Origin: Candidatus Vogelbacteria bacterium
GTDB lineage: Bacteria; Patescibacteriota; Minisyncoccia; Phycocordibacterales; XYD1-FULL-46-19
NCBI GenBank assembly: GCA_023267075.1
Contig: JAHFNY010000003.1
Span: forward strand, 1-46,104
DNA: 46,104 bases
Direction: 5' to 3'
Below, in pieces: positions 28,318-37,282 of this stretch. The notes under the pieces were generated by a model. The model worked only from the letters and a program-made list of their open reading frames with translations. It was not told where the DNA came from and did no database searches. The translations under genes were made by a program, and so were the position numbers. The first letter of the stretch is position 1. Every line of letters begins with the position of its first letter.

Positions 28318-28959
28318 TTATGTTCCTTGAACCAGACGGAGGAACACTTCTCGCCTAGCAAAAGGATCACTTCCAGATAGAGCTGGCCAATTAATTGGTG
28401 GTAGGTCATCTTCAGTGATATTACCTCCAGGTAAATGTCCGAGGTTGTGGCTCCGAAGAAACTCACCGTATTTCACATCGCTCGGGTAGATCTTTGTTTC
28501 TCCGTAGCGGTGATTTGATACCCAATTTTCGGCCCCATACTTTTGGGTCAGTTGCTCCAGTGTCACACGGTAGATAAGGGTTAGAAGTGGGTCGTCGGGT
28601 GAACATTGCTTGCATTGGCACTTGCCTCTTTTGAGGTCTCTTGTGCCATATTGTTTTTTATTCAGATTGAACCAAAACTTCGTTTCCTGCAAGAGCGCAC
28701 AAAGAATCTCTGCTCTAGTCAGTCGTTCAAAAAGGTATTTTGCTGAAACGCTTAGTTCTCCTTTCTCTGCTGAGAAAGCTAAGTTGAGGATGAGGTCGTG
28801 AATCAGTCCTAGAGCACCTTCGGAACACCACGACGGGATTCTCCTATTACGAGATTTTGCCTGTCGGCCATTTCGAACCGCAAGAATTTTGTCGTGGAGT
28901 TTCTGGTCAGAACTTCTTTTGATTGCCTCTTTGGCTGTTTTTGCTTTGCTAAATCCCAT
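28318..28959 (-). CDS. Orphan basic protein with a CxCxxC motif
   Basis: AAGGAGG SD before ATG 28959; hairpin terminator at about 28269-28302. Confidence 0.6.
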   Translation of the reverse strand: MGFSKAKTAKEAIKRSSDQKLHDKILAVRNGRQAKSRNRRIPSWCSEGALGLIHDLILNLAFSAEKGELSVSAKYLFERLTRAEILCALLQETKFWFNLNKKQYGTRDLKRGKCQCKQCSPDDPLLTLIYRVTLEQLTQKYGAENWVSNHRYGETKIYPSDVKYGEFLRSHNLGHLPGGNITEDDLPPINWPALSGSDPFARREVFLRLVQGT

Positions 28960-29128
28960 TTTCAAATACCTCCTTGGTTTGTTTCTTACCTTCCACTCCA
29001 ATTATTCTACCACTGTTTTTAGCGTAGCAAGTATATAATATTTTGTCAATCTGTACACTATACATTCTATACATTATCACTACGTCGCACAATATTTAAG
29101 GCAAATTGTGCTAAAATTAACTTATGTT

Positions 29129-29980
29129 ATGCCAGTTAATGAAATTGAAAAATTAAAGACCCAATTTTTAGAATATTTAGAGATTGAGAAGGGGCGGAGC
29201 TTAAAGACGGTAGAGAATTAGGATCGCTACTTACGGCGCTTTATTACCTTCTCCAAGTTGACCAAGCCCGGCCAAATTGATGATGATATCGTCCGGAGCT
29301 TCCGCCTCACAATTAATCGCGAGGGGTTGAAGAAGAACACCCAGAATTATTATCTCATTGCTCTGCGTGTTTTTCTTAAAGATTTAACCAAGCGCGAGGT
29401 GGCCAGTTTGGCGCCCGAGCGGATTGAACTAGCCCGCACTGGCGGCCGCGAGCTTGACCTGGTCTCCAGTGCCGAGCTCACTCGCCTCTTAGATGGTCCG
29501 AAGGGGGGCGAGCTGGAGTCACTCCGCGACAAAGCCATTTTAGAACTTTTTTTCTCTACCGGTCTGCGGGTGTCGGAGCTCGCCTCTCTACCTCGCGATT
29601 TAGATCTTGCCCGCGATGAGTTCTCTATCCGCGGTAAGGGTGAGAAGGTGCGGATTGTTTTCCTCTCTCCCACCGCTAAAACGGCAATTAAAAATTATTT
29701 GGCCAAGCGTGAGGATGCGGCAGAAGATCGCCTCTTCCCTCTTACCTCGCGCAGTCTGGAGCGATTGGTGAAGAAGTATGCCATTAAGGCCGGCATTACC
29801 CGCAAGGTCACACCGCACACTCTCCGCCACGCCTTTGCCACTGATCTCCTTCAAAATGGTGCCGATATCCGCTCGGTCCAAGCTATGCTCGGCCACTCTA
29901 GTATCTCCACCACTCAAATTTACACTCACCTCACCGACAAACAACTCCGTGAAGTCCACAAAAAATTCCATTCAAGATGA
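29129..29980 (+). pseudogene. XerC/XerD-like tyrosine recombinase with in-frame TAG at codon 31
   Basis: FLEYLEIEKGRSLKTVEN*DRYL; catalytic GLRVSE, GKGEK, HTLRH, LGH, TTQIY all intact. Confidence 0.8.
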
Positions 29981-29996
29981 GCTTATTTATAGAGGG

Positions 29997-30005
29997 TTAT
30001 CCACA
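29997..30005 (+). promoter_or_regulatory. DnaA box TTATCCACA
   Basis: Perfect consensus, intergenic. Confidence 0.5.
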
Positions 30006-30186
30006 GGTTTAAGATTTGTCTTATATACTGTCTGATAGTACAATAAAGGACAGAAGATGATCAGGTCCTATATAGATTGTATAAGACGTATTTAAGTCTC
30101 AACTGAATTTTTTCTCCACCTCAGTGGAGATTCAAATATTGTCCCATACCATCCACCCGGCGCTACGCGTCCGGGTTTGTTTTTTA

Positions 30187-31659
30187 TTATTTTACCCCGT
30201 GGCGTTTGCGGATCTCGGCAATTTCTCCAGCCTCTTTCTCTTCTTTCGCTTCTTTGCCCGCTTCGCCCAGTTTCTCCAAATCTTTTTCCGATAATTGAGC
30301 CAATTCCCCTACCCGTTTCACTAAGTATTCCTTAGTATTTAAATCCGGATTTTCTAACACTTCTTCGAGTAATGCATGTAAAATATAGCCAATTCGTGGT
30401 CCCGGCCTCTCTTTGGTTTCACGAATAACCTCTCCCCCATCTATTTTCAACATTCCCACCGAGGTTGGCGCCCGCATGGCCTCCTCAATCATTGATTCAT
30501 ACTTCCGGAGACGATAGGGCGCTTCTTTCGGTCGGCCCATGCCAATACGGTCGCAGGCCCGGACCTTCATCAAGTCCCAGACATGTTCCGGCCCCACTTT
30601 AGCCACAATCCGGCGGGCGGCGGAGAGGGTAATTTTATCAATATCGGTGAAGAACATATGACTTTTCACTAGTTTCACCACTGTATCGGTTAAATCGAGG
30701 GGGAATTTAAGATTCTCCATGATCTTCTTGGTCATTCTTGCTCCCACCACGTCGTGACCGTAGAAGGTCCAATCTTTCTTCTCATCACTCCAGCGGCGAG
30801 TAGCGGGCTTGCCAATGTCGTGGAATAAGGCCGCCAGTCTCACGTGAAACGGCCACTCCCGATCAGCCGAGTGTTGGACTACCCTCAACGTATGTTCCCA
30901 GACATCATAGATATGATCACCATTCTGTTCTACTCCCACCGATTCCAGTGTTTCACGAATAACATATGGCATCACCCCCAGCTCGACTAAGAGCCTTAAG
31001 CCAGTCATAGGCTGTTTAGACATTATGATCTTAGTAAACTCATCTCTAATCCGTTCCTTAGAAACATTGGCTAAAAGGTGGCTATTCTTGGCCATACTTT
31101 GGGCGACGGCGGGGTTAATCGTGAAACCAAGCTGGGTTGCCAGACGCACTCCCCTAATGATCCTTAAAGCGTCTTCGGTGAAACGCTCATCTGGCCCGCC
31201 AACTGTCTGAATAACCCCATTTTTGAGGTCTAAGAGGCCCTTATGCTCGTCTACCAGTTCTTGGCTGATAGGGTTATAGGCCAAGGCATTGATGGTAAAA
31301 TCGCGTCTCATAAGGTCGTCCGATAGAGAATCGCTAAAAGACACATTGTCGGGATGGCGGAAGTCGCTGTAATGACCATCTGTCCTAAAGGGCGTTACTT
31401 CAATATGTCGCAGTGATTCATCTTTAGTTTCTTCATTAACCACGGTGACGGTACCGAACTTGTTTTCATAGAAAGTCTTAGGGAAGGCGGCTTCAATCTC
31501 TTCCGGCTTGGCATTGGTGGTAATATCCCAATCGTGGGGTGTTTTATTAAGCGCCAGATCACGGACTGAACCACCCACAATATAAGCTAAAAAGCCCTTA
31601 TTTTCTAAGGTTTTAACTACTTCTTGGACTTCCACTGGGACGGGGAAAATAACCTTCAT
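30187..31659 (-). CDS. cca: CCA tRNA nucleotidyltransferase with HD domain
   Basis: VGGSVRD..DWDITT, DLMRRDFTINA, EDALRIIR, HDIGKP. Confidence 0.9.
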   Translation of the reverse strand: MKVIFPVPVEVQEVVKTLENKGFLAYIVGGSVRDLALNKTPHDWDITTNAKPEEIEAAFPKTFYENKFGTVTVVNEETKDESLRHIEVTPFRTDGHYSDFRHPDNVSFSDSLSDDLMRRDFTINALAYNPISQELVDEHKGLLDLKNGVIQTVGGPDERFTEDALRIIRGVRLATQLGFTINPAVAQSMAKNSHLLANVSKERIRDEFTKIIMSKQPMTGLRLLVELGVMPYVIRETLESVGVEQNGDHIYDVWEHTLRVVQHSADREWPFHVRLAALFHDIGKPATRRWSDEKKDWTFYGHDVVGARMTKKIMENLKFPLDLTDTVVKLVKSHMFFTDIDKITLSAARRIVAKVGPEHVWDLMKVRACDRIGMGRPKEAPYRLRKYESMIEEAMRAPTSVGMLKIDGGEVIRETKERPGPRIGYILHALLEEVLENPDLNTKEYLVKRVGELAQLSEKDLEKLGEAGKEAKEEKEAGEIAEIRKRHGVK

Positions 31660-31731
31660 TAAGCCGTATTTTAACCTAATCTTTGCGGTTTTGCCATTTT
31701 TATTGTATTTTGAGTGAGCTTTTGTTTATGT

Positions 31732-31803
31732 GCCTCCGTGGTGAAATGGATATCACGCAACGCTTCGGACGTTGTATTGTGGGTTCGAGTCCTGCCGGAG
31801 GCA
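31732..31803 (+). tRNA. tRNA-Arg(UCG)
   Basis: Cloverleaf; CAACG-CT TCG GA-CGTTG anticodon arm; no encoded CCA. Confidence 0.92.
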
Positions 31804-31834
31804 TTGTTTAGAAAGAATATCTTTAGCAAATGAT

Positions 31835-31919
31835 GGGCGGATGGCGGAATTGGTATACGCGTACGTCTCAGAAGCGTATGTCGAAAGACTTGAGGGTTCA
31901 AGTCCCTCTCCGCCCACCA
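31835..31919 (+). tRNA. tRNA-Leu(CAG)
   Basis: Long variable arm; TACGT-CT CAG AA-GCGTA; CCA encoded. Confidence 0.93.
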
Positions 31920-31998
31920 TTTGCTCGAGAAAGCACTTTAAAATTATATTAATCTGTGCTAAATTAATTTTGCTTTGGTCAGGAGTTAAGCGGGCTCG

Positions 31999-32033
31999 CC
32001 CGCCGTAGTCCGCCAAAAGCGGACGAAGGCGGG
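31999..32033 (+). repeat. REP-like palindrome overlapping the tRNA-Gly 5' end
   Basis: CCCGCC-GTAGTCCGCCAAAAGCGGACGAA-GGCGGG. Confidence 0.7.
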
Positions 32034-32099
32034 TATGGTTTAGTGGTAGAACACGTCCTTGCCAAGGATGAGACGGGAGTTCGATTCTCCCTACCCGCA
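32029..32099 (+). tRNA. tRNA-Gly(GCC)
   Basis: GCGGGTA/TACCCGC acceptor stem; anticodon GCC. Confidence 0.92.
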
Positions 32100-32140
32100 C
32101 ACTGCGATAGACCCATTTAGGTCAAGTATTGGACAAAAAC

Positions 32141-32169
32141 TGGGGATAAGTCTGGGGATATGTGTATAA
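32141..32169 (-). promoter_or_regulatory. Cluster of three DnaA-box-like 9-mers
   Basis: TGGGGATAA, TGGGGATAT and TGTGTATAA in the same orientation upstream of yraN. Confidence 0.45.
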
Positions 32170-32200
32170 AAGACATGACTTATAAGCTGAAAGTTGTTTT

Positions 32201-32593
32201 ATGTTACTTAAGAAACCAACTGACAAACAAGTTATTGGTCAGCTAGGAGAAGATAAAGCGGCTGAATACTTAAGGAATAAAGGCTTTGTTATTCGTGAAA
32301 CTAATTATCGCCAGAAGTGGGGTGAGATCGATTTGATTGCTTACAAAGGACAGAACCTCCACTTTATTGAAGTCAAAACAGTGGTTAGAGACAATTTCTT
32401 ACCGGAAGACTATGAGCCAGAAGATAATATCCACCCGTGGAAGTTGAAGCGCTTGTCGCGAGCGATTCAAACTTATTTACTGGAGAAGGGGATTGATGAT
32501 GATAAAGTCGAGTGGCAGTTGGATGCGGTGGCCGTGTATTTAAATAGTAAAAGGGAAGTCTTAAGAGTAGAGCTCTTAGAAGATATATTTTAA
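32201..32593 (+). CDS. yraN: YraN (UPF0102) family endonuclease-like protein
   Basis: GQLGEDKAAEYL, NYRQKWGEIDLIA, FIEVKT. Confidence 0.9.
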   Translation: MLLKKPTDKQVIGQLGEDKAAEYLRNKGFVIRETNYRQKWGEIDLIAYKGQNLHFIEVKTVVRDNFLPEDYEPEDNIHPWKLKRLSRAIQTYLLEKGIDDDKVEWQLDAVAVYLNSKREVLRVELLEDIF

Positions 32594-32613
32594 CCCTTCG
32601 ACAAGCTCAGGGT
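32593..32613 (+). repeat. Small palindromic element ACCCTTCGACAAGCTCAGGGT
   Basis: ACCCT/AGGGT inverted ends around a TTCGACAAGCTCAG core, a second REP-like type. Confidence 0.5.
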
Positions 32614-32698
32614 AAATAAAAACCCCCGGCGCGAGTCGGAGGTTATCGGAATGAACTATGGATGATTTTCTCGCGCCGGGGGATCGGAATGGATACTT

Positions 32699-33055
32699 TT
32701 AGGCCGCCAGTTTGCAAGTCAGCTGGAAGCCATTGGGGGATTTGACCAGAACGTGGCCGTTTTTCCGTGGCTTGATGAGTTCACCCACGAATGGTCGCCC
32801 ACGTTTGGTTGTTGCGGCCACTGTCTGGCCGTCTGACAAAACATACGCGACTTTCCGACGGATTGGTCGCTTGGGTGTTTCGCACCGCGGTTCCGGTTTG
32901 GAGACAAAGTCCTTACGGGCAAAAGGGCTGGGGGACACCTCTTCCTCGCCGACTGTTTTGCTGACGAGAGTTTCCGGTTTTGGTGTGAATTGGTTGTTCC
33001 GGGAGCTGTGGTCGTAGAAAAAAGTCAGAAGCCAGTTGAAGAATCGTGTGAACAT
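32699..33055 (-). CDS. Orphan small protein
   Basis: GGAGG SD; TTGACA-N16-TATAAT at 33109-33136; CCCCCGGCGCGAG inverted repeat downstream. Confidence 0.65.
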   Translation of the reverse strand: MFTRFFNWLLTFFYDHSSRNNQFTPKPETLVSKTVGEEEVSPSPFARKDFVSKPEPRCETPKRPIRRKVAYVLSDGQTVAATTKRGRPFVGELIKPRKNGHVLVKSPNGFQLTCKLAA

Positions 33056-33219
33056 GGTCAAACCCTCCGTCTGTGGCCTATGGCCGGTTTAGGTTTCAAT
33101 CTTTTTCCATTATATCATGTAGGTATTAAATGTCAAGCGGAGATTGTTATTTTGCCCTATGAGTGTTATATTTCAAGGGTTTTTAGACTGGCGGGTAAAT
33201 GTAACGGTATTTTTAAAAA

Positions 33220-33290
33220 CGGAGTGTAGTACAGCGGTAGTATACGCGCTTCGGGTGCGCGAGACCCGAGTTCGATTCTCGGCACTCCGA
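33220..33290 (+). tRNA. tRNA-Pro(CGG)
   Basis: C1:G72, A73; CGCGC-TT CGG GT-GCGCG. Confidence 0.92.
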
Positions 33291-33316
33291 TTAAGTAAGT
33301 TTTTGGAGAATCCCTG

Positions 33317-33346
33317 TCCGTCCGTAGTCTGTAAGACGAAGGCGGG
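33317..33346 (+). repeat. Degenerate REP-like palindrome
   Basis: TCCGTCCGTAGTCTGTAAGACGAAGGCGGG. Confidence 0.6.
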
Positions 33347-33378
33347 CCGGCGTCCCGATAGATTGAAATGAGTATAAA

Positions 33379-33449
33379 CGGGGTGTAGTACAGTGGTAGT
33401 ATACGCGCTTTGGGAGCGCGAGATCCGAGTCCGATTCTCGGCACCCCGA
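33379..33449 (+). tRNA. tRNA-Pro(UGG)
   Basis: CGCGC-TT TGG GA-GCGCG; T-loop reads TCCGATT. Confidence 0.9.
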
Positions 33450-33491
33450 TCGGAAAGTTGAAAGATTAAAACAGTGCTATAATTAAAAGAT

Positions 33492-33656
33492 ATGAAAAAA
33501 GCCGTTCTGACAATTATTGTGTTGGTGATCGTGGTGGTAGGTTTATGGTTAGTCTGGGGTCAGCAAGCGGTGGCACCAACTAATCAGAGTCCAACGGCCA
33601 GCACCTCTATTGCTATCTCCAATGAATTTGGCGGGGGAGTGAAGCTTGGGCAATAA
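33492..33656 (+). CDS. 54-aa membrane-anchored peptide, possibly a truncated gene
   Basis: MKKAVLTIIVLVIVVVGLWLVWG...; TATAAT 8 nt upstream; not in the ORF track. Confidence 0.5.
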   Translation: MKKAVLTIIVLVIVVVGLWLVWGQQAVAPTNQSPTASTSIAISNEFGGGVKLGQ

Positions 33657-33657
33657 A

Positions 33658-34398
33658 TTATTTAGTCCAAAAGCTTTCAAAAATCGCCCGGAGGGTAAAG
33701 TTGACCGCCCGGCTCCGGAGGATGATGCCAAACATTTCTTCCTTCTGATAAGAGACGAAGGCGACTTTCTGCCGATAAATATAAATACCGAGAGTGAACG
33801 GGTAATCGTCTACCGGTAGATATTTAACCTGTTCCAATTCCTCCGGCCGGGGTGAGATTTTATAATCCTTTTTGCTATCGCCGGTTAAATTAATATTAAC
33901 GCGGCGCATTTTTATCCCACTGGCAATTCGGCGTGGTTCCCAATCGTGTTGGAGAAAGTCGATAATGGTGGGGGAAATAAGATCTTTAGGCGCGGCTAGA
34001 GCCATAATGTCACCTGGTTTCTTGATCATATCGTCATAAATCTTTTCTAAACCAAGCTTGCCTTCATAAATTCTTACCGCTGGCTTCTTAGCTACATTGT
34101 TCTTGAGCGCTTCTAGCTCGGGTAAGATTTGTTTAAAAATATTCTCGCGTTGTTTTAAGAATAAGCCTACATTATCCGGTTCTTCCATAATAAACACTTT
34201 TTTCTTGCCTTGTTGACTGGCATTGACCAACTTCTTTTCTCGCAAACTATTTATAATCTCATAAATGGTTGTTCTTTTAATGGCCGATTCTGCTGCCAAG
34301 TCTTGAATCGTGGCCGGACCAAGTTGGAGACCGGCCAGGTAAAGCTTGGCTTCTTTCTCATTTAAACCAATTTTCTGCAAGTAATCTTCTAAGATCAT
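33658..34398 (-). CDS. TrmB-family transcriptional regulator
   Basis: IGLNEKEAKLYLAGLQLG...IKRTTIY; PAVRIYEG. Confidence 0.85.
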   Translation of the reverse strand: MILEDYLQKIGLNEKEAKLYLAGLQLGPATIQDLAAESAIKRTTIYEIINSLREKKLVNASQQGKKKVFIMEEPDNVGLFLKQRENIFKQILPELEALKNNVAKKPAVRIYEGKLGLEKIYDDMIKKPGDIMALAAPKDLISPTIIDFLQHDWEPRRIASGIKMRRVNINLTGDSKKDYKISPRPEELEQVKYLPVDDYPFTLGIYIYRQKVAFVSYQKEEMFGIILRSRAVNFTLRAIFESFWTK

Positions 34399-34589
34399 AA
34401 TTAAGTTTAATTATAATCCTGTCAGCTTTTCCGTCAACATAATTTTCTAAAATAACTTTATTTTATAAGCTATTAACAGTTATTTTAATAAATTATGACT
34501 TTTTTACTGACTAGTTTCACTTAATCGCTTATTCTAGAATCAGGTTTAATTATCGACCTTTGACAATTGAAAATCGGAAGGAGGGGAAG

Positions 34590-35186
34590 ATGACTAAATT
34601 GTTGATGATGGTAATTACGGGCGGCCCTTGTGGCGGCAAAAGTTCTGTACTCACTAAATTGACCGAAGTATTTTCTGACTTAATTGCCGTTGTACCGGAA
34701 GCGGCGACTCAATTGTTGAATGTCTGTCCCGTTCCGGAGCGCGACTGCCCATTGAGCGATACCTGGTTAAGAATTTTCCAACCAGCGGTTTATCACACCC
34801 AAATAGCGGCAGAAGATGGTTGGGCCTTGTTGGGAAAGAGACTTTTAGTTTGTGATCGCGGAGCAATGGATGGCGCTGGTTACTTGAAGGATAAAGAACT
34901 CTTCTTGTCTTTAATTGGCCAGCAAGAAGAAACTATTTTGCAACGTTATTGGACGGTGATTCATCTTGAGTCATTGGCCGTAGGCCAACCGGAGAAGTAT
35001 CTAAAACTTAAGCAGAGCAATCCCAATCGTTATGAGGGTGTCGTTGAGGCGCGAGCGGTTGATGTCTCAATCTGCGCCGCTTGGGCCAATCATCCACGCC
35101 AGATTATCCTTTCTAGTCTTGATTCACTTGAGCATAAGGAAGAATTCGTCATCAACCTAATCAGGGAGGGAATTGGCCATGAATAA
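34590..35186 (+). CDS. AAA_28/NadR-like P-loop nucleotide kinase
   Basis: ITGGPCGGKSS, VPEAAT, VCDRGAMDG; GGAGG SD before ATG 34590. Confidence 0.8.
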   Translation: MTKLLMMVITGGPCGGKSSVLTKLTEVFSDLIAVVPEAATQLLNVCPVPERDCPLSDTWLRIFQPAVYHTQIAAEDGWALLGKRLLVCDRGAMDGAGYLKDKELFLSLIGQQEETILQRYWTVIHLESLAVGQPEKYLKLKQSNPNRYEGVVEARAVDVSICAAWANHPRQIILSSLDSLEHKEEFVINLIREGIGHE

Positions 35187-35679
35187 AAACGGGAAAGAAA
35201 TTGAGCGGAAGTGGTTCTTGGCTTGTATGCCACCCATTGGAATTTATGGCGATTGTAATCAAGTGCCACTACATGAGATTGAGCAGTTTTATTTTAAGAC
35301 CCAGAAGTCGGGGACAGAACTGCGAGTTCGTCGGGAAGGAGCAGGTTTTTCCATAACGGAAAAAAGTGGTAACGGTCTAGTCCGAGAGGAAACAGAGATC
35401 GCTATCACTAAAGAGATGTTTCTTGCTCTCCAGCCGCTAGCCATTGGCTCAGCAAGAAAACGGCGTTTCTTTATTCCTCACCAGGGAAGAACATTACTAC
35501 TCGATCAATACCTTGGACCTTTGCAGAATCTTGTGATTTTGGAATGTGAGTTCTCGTCCAAAGAAGAATCGGCGGAGTTTGTTCTTCCGGATTGGGCGCA
35601 GGTACCAATTGAAGTGACAGAAAGTCCCCGTTTCAGCAACAAGCTTCTGGCTCTTAATGGTTTCCCGGGCGCGCCATAG
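35179..35679 (+). CDS. CYTH domain (triphosphate tunnel metalloenzyme) protein
   Basis: EIERKW, ELRVR, REETE, ILECEF, EVTESPRFSN. Confidence 0.85.
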   Translation: MNKNGKEIERKWFLACMPPIGIYGDCNQVPLHEIEQFYFKTQKSGTELRVRREGAGFSITEKSGNGLVREETEIAITKEMFLALQPLAIGSARKRRFFIPHQGRTLLLDQYLGPLQNLVILECEFSSKEESAEFVLPDWAQVPIEVTESPRFSNKLLALNGFPGAP

Positions 35680-35760
35680 GCGCGCCTTTTTCTTTTGACC
35701 TTTTGGCGGTAGAATGGTGATAGTAATAGAGCTTAATTTTATTAGCTTAATAACTTATTT

Positions 35761-36810
35761 ATGATAAAAAAATTGTTTTTAGTGTTGTTGGTTCTGGCTT
35801 TGGTCCCAAGCTTGGCCAGTGCCGCTACTTTACAGACCAATAGCCATTATTTTTTGCCGCTTGGGCAAACAGTTAACGGCAATTTATACGTCGCGAGTGG
35901 CAATACCACTGTGGCGGGTAATGTAAATGGCGATCTGTATCTTGGAGCTGGCACCGCGACGATTACTGGTGAAGTCCGTGGCGACTTGGTAGTGGCCGGT
36001 GGCACAGTGACAGTGACGGGGGTGGTGGATGGAGACTTGCGCGTCTTGGGTGGCAATGTGACTGTGGCGGGCCCGGTGAGGGGAGATGTCTTCGTTATTG
36101 GCGGTTCATTATCTTTAAGTGATGCCGTAGGCGGTGATGCTGATTTTATTGGCGGGATGCTCTCGGTGGAGAGTGGCGCTACCGTAACTGGCCGTTTGGT
36201 GTATCGCTCTAATAGCGAAGCGCGGATTAGTAATCAAGCGGTAATCCGCGGGGGAGTAACATATGATCAAACTTTGGCTAAAAGCATTGGGATTGTGAAG
36301 GAGGCAGGGGCGAAGTCAGTTGTCTCGGGCTTTGCCGCCCTCCTGGGAGTGTGGATTTTCTTAAAATTATTGATGTATCTCTTTGCGGCGCTCGTCTTCT
36401 ATTGGTTATTTCGGCCGTACTTGGAAGGAATTGTTCATCAAGCGGTAAAGATGCCTGGTCGCGCTCTTGGCGTGGGCTTTATTACTCTCGTGGTGGTGCC
36501 GGCTTTGGCTCTCGTCTTCGCTATTTCTATTGTTGGTTTGCCCTTGGCGATTATTTTAGGCTTGGCCTACTTAATAATCTTGGGGGTAGCTAAACTTTCT
36601 GCTGGCGCTTTAATTGGGGCGTGGGGAGAGAAGATTATTCTTAAGCGGGCTAATTATCGGGTGGGTTGGCAGGGGGTAATTGGTGGTACTTTGGTCTTAT
36701 TTATCCTAATGTTTATCCCCGTGATTGGTTGGATTATTGCGGCCCTCGCTTGCTTACTTACCTTTGGCGCCATTGCCGACGTGGTGTATAAAAAGTGGCT
36801 CGCTAGGTAG
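35761..36810 (+). CDS. Beta-helix (bactofilin-like repeat) membrane protein
   Basis: Signal peptide, repeated VxGDLxVxGGxVTVxG, C-terminal TM bundle. Confidence 0.8.
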   Translation: MIKKLFLVLLVLALVPSLASAATLQTNSHYFLPLGQTVNGNLYVASGNTTVAGNVNGDLYLGAGTATITGEVRGDLVVAGGTVTVTGVVDGDLRVLGGNVTVAGPVRGDVFVIGGSLSLSDAVGGDADFIGGMLSVESGATVTGRLVYRSNSEARISNQAVIRGGVTYDQTLAKSIGIVKEAGAKSVVSGFAALLGVWIFLKLLMYLFAALVFYWLFRPYLEGIVHQAVKMPGRALGVGFITLVVVPALALVFAISIVGLPLAIILGLAYLIILGVAKLSAGALIGAWGEKIILKRANYRVGWQGVIGGTLVLFILMFIPVIGWIIAALACLLTFGAIADVVYKKWLAR

Positions 36811-36958
36811 CGATTGACTAAGTGGTTGACTTTTTAACTGATTCGTGTATACTAAAGGGGTTGTAAGTTCTCCGTTTCTTAAGTTCCCCAAACGCGCGAG
36901 CGGGCGAGGCGAGAACGTGAGGGTCGCCTTACACGCTACTAGTTTTAAGCGCAAGAAA

Positions 36959-37219
36959 ATGGCTAAAAAGTTATACGTTGGTGGTTTACCTTACTCTACT
37001 TCCAACGACGAGCTTAAGGACGCTTTCTCCCAAGCTGGGAACGTAGAATCGGCTACTGTCATCACTGATAAGATGACTGGTCGTTCTAAGGGATTCGGCT
37101 TCGTAGAAATGAGTTCTGATGCCGAGGCCCAGAAGGCAATTGACCTCTGGAACGGCAAAGATTTCGGTGGGCGCAATCTCACCGTGTCTGAAGCTCGCCC
37201 CCTCGCTCCTCGGAATTAA
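36959..37219 (+). CDS. RRM (RNP-1) RNA-binding protein
   Basis: KLYVGGL, RSKGFGFVEM; ATG 36959; TTGACT-N16-TATACT promoter with about 100-nt leader. Confidence 0.92.
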   Translation: MAKKLYVGGLPYSTSNDELKDAFSQAGNVESATVITDKMTGRSKGFGFVEMSSDAEAQKAIDLWNGKDFGGRNLTVSEARPLAPRN

Positions 37220-37229
37220 TCCTTAGAGC

Positions 37230-37272
37230 AAAAAACCGGCTCAAGCGTATAAAAGCGCTTGGGCCGGTTTTT
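37230..37272. terminator. Bidirectional terminator
   Basis: AAAAAACCGGCTCAAGCG...CGCTTGGGCCGGTTTTT between convergent genes. Confidence 0.8.
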
Positions 37273-37282
37273 CGTTGGCGAC

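Noticed and set aside
29081..29132. dif-like site upstream of xer (GTCGCACAA, TTATGTTA)
   Set aside because: The arms and 6-bp spacer do not line up as a 28-bp dif site
29219..29221. Stop-codon recoding (alternative genetic code)
   Set aside because: TAG and TGA end intact genes in the window, and no other conserved gene shows internal stops
31671..33444. ORF-track ORFs overlapping tRNA genes
   Set aside because: Shadow frames of tRNA genes
36845..36958. N-terminal extension of the RRM protein given in the ORF track
   Set aside because: It overlaps the -10 box and 5' UTR; the family start is MAKKLYVGG at 36959
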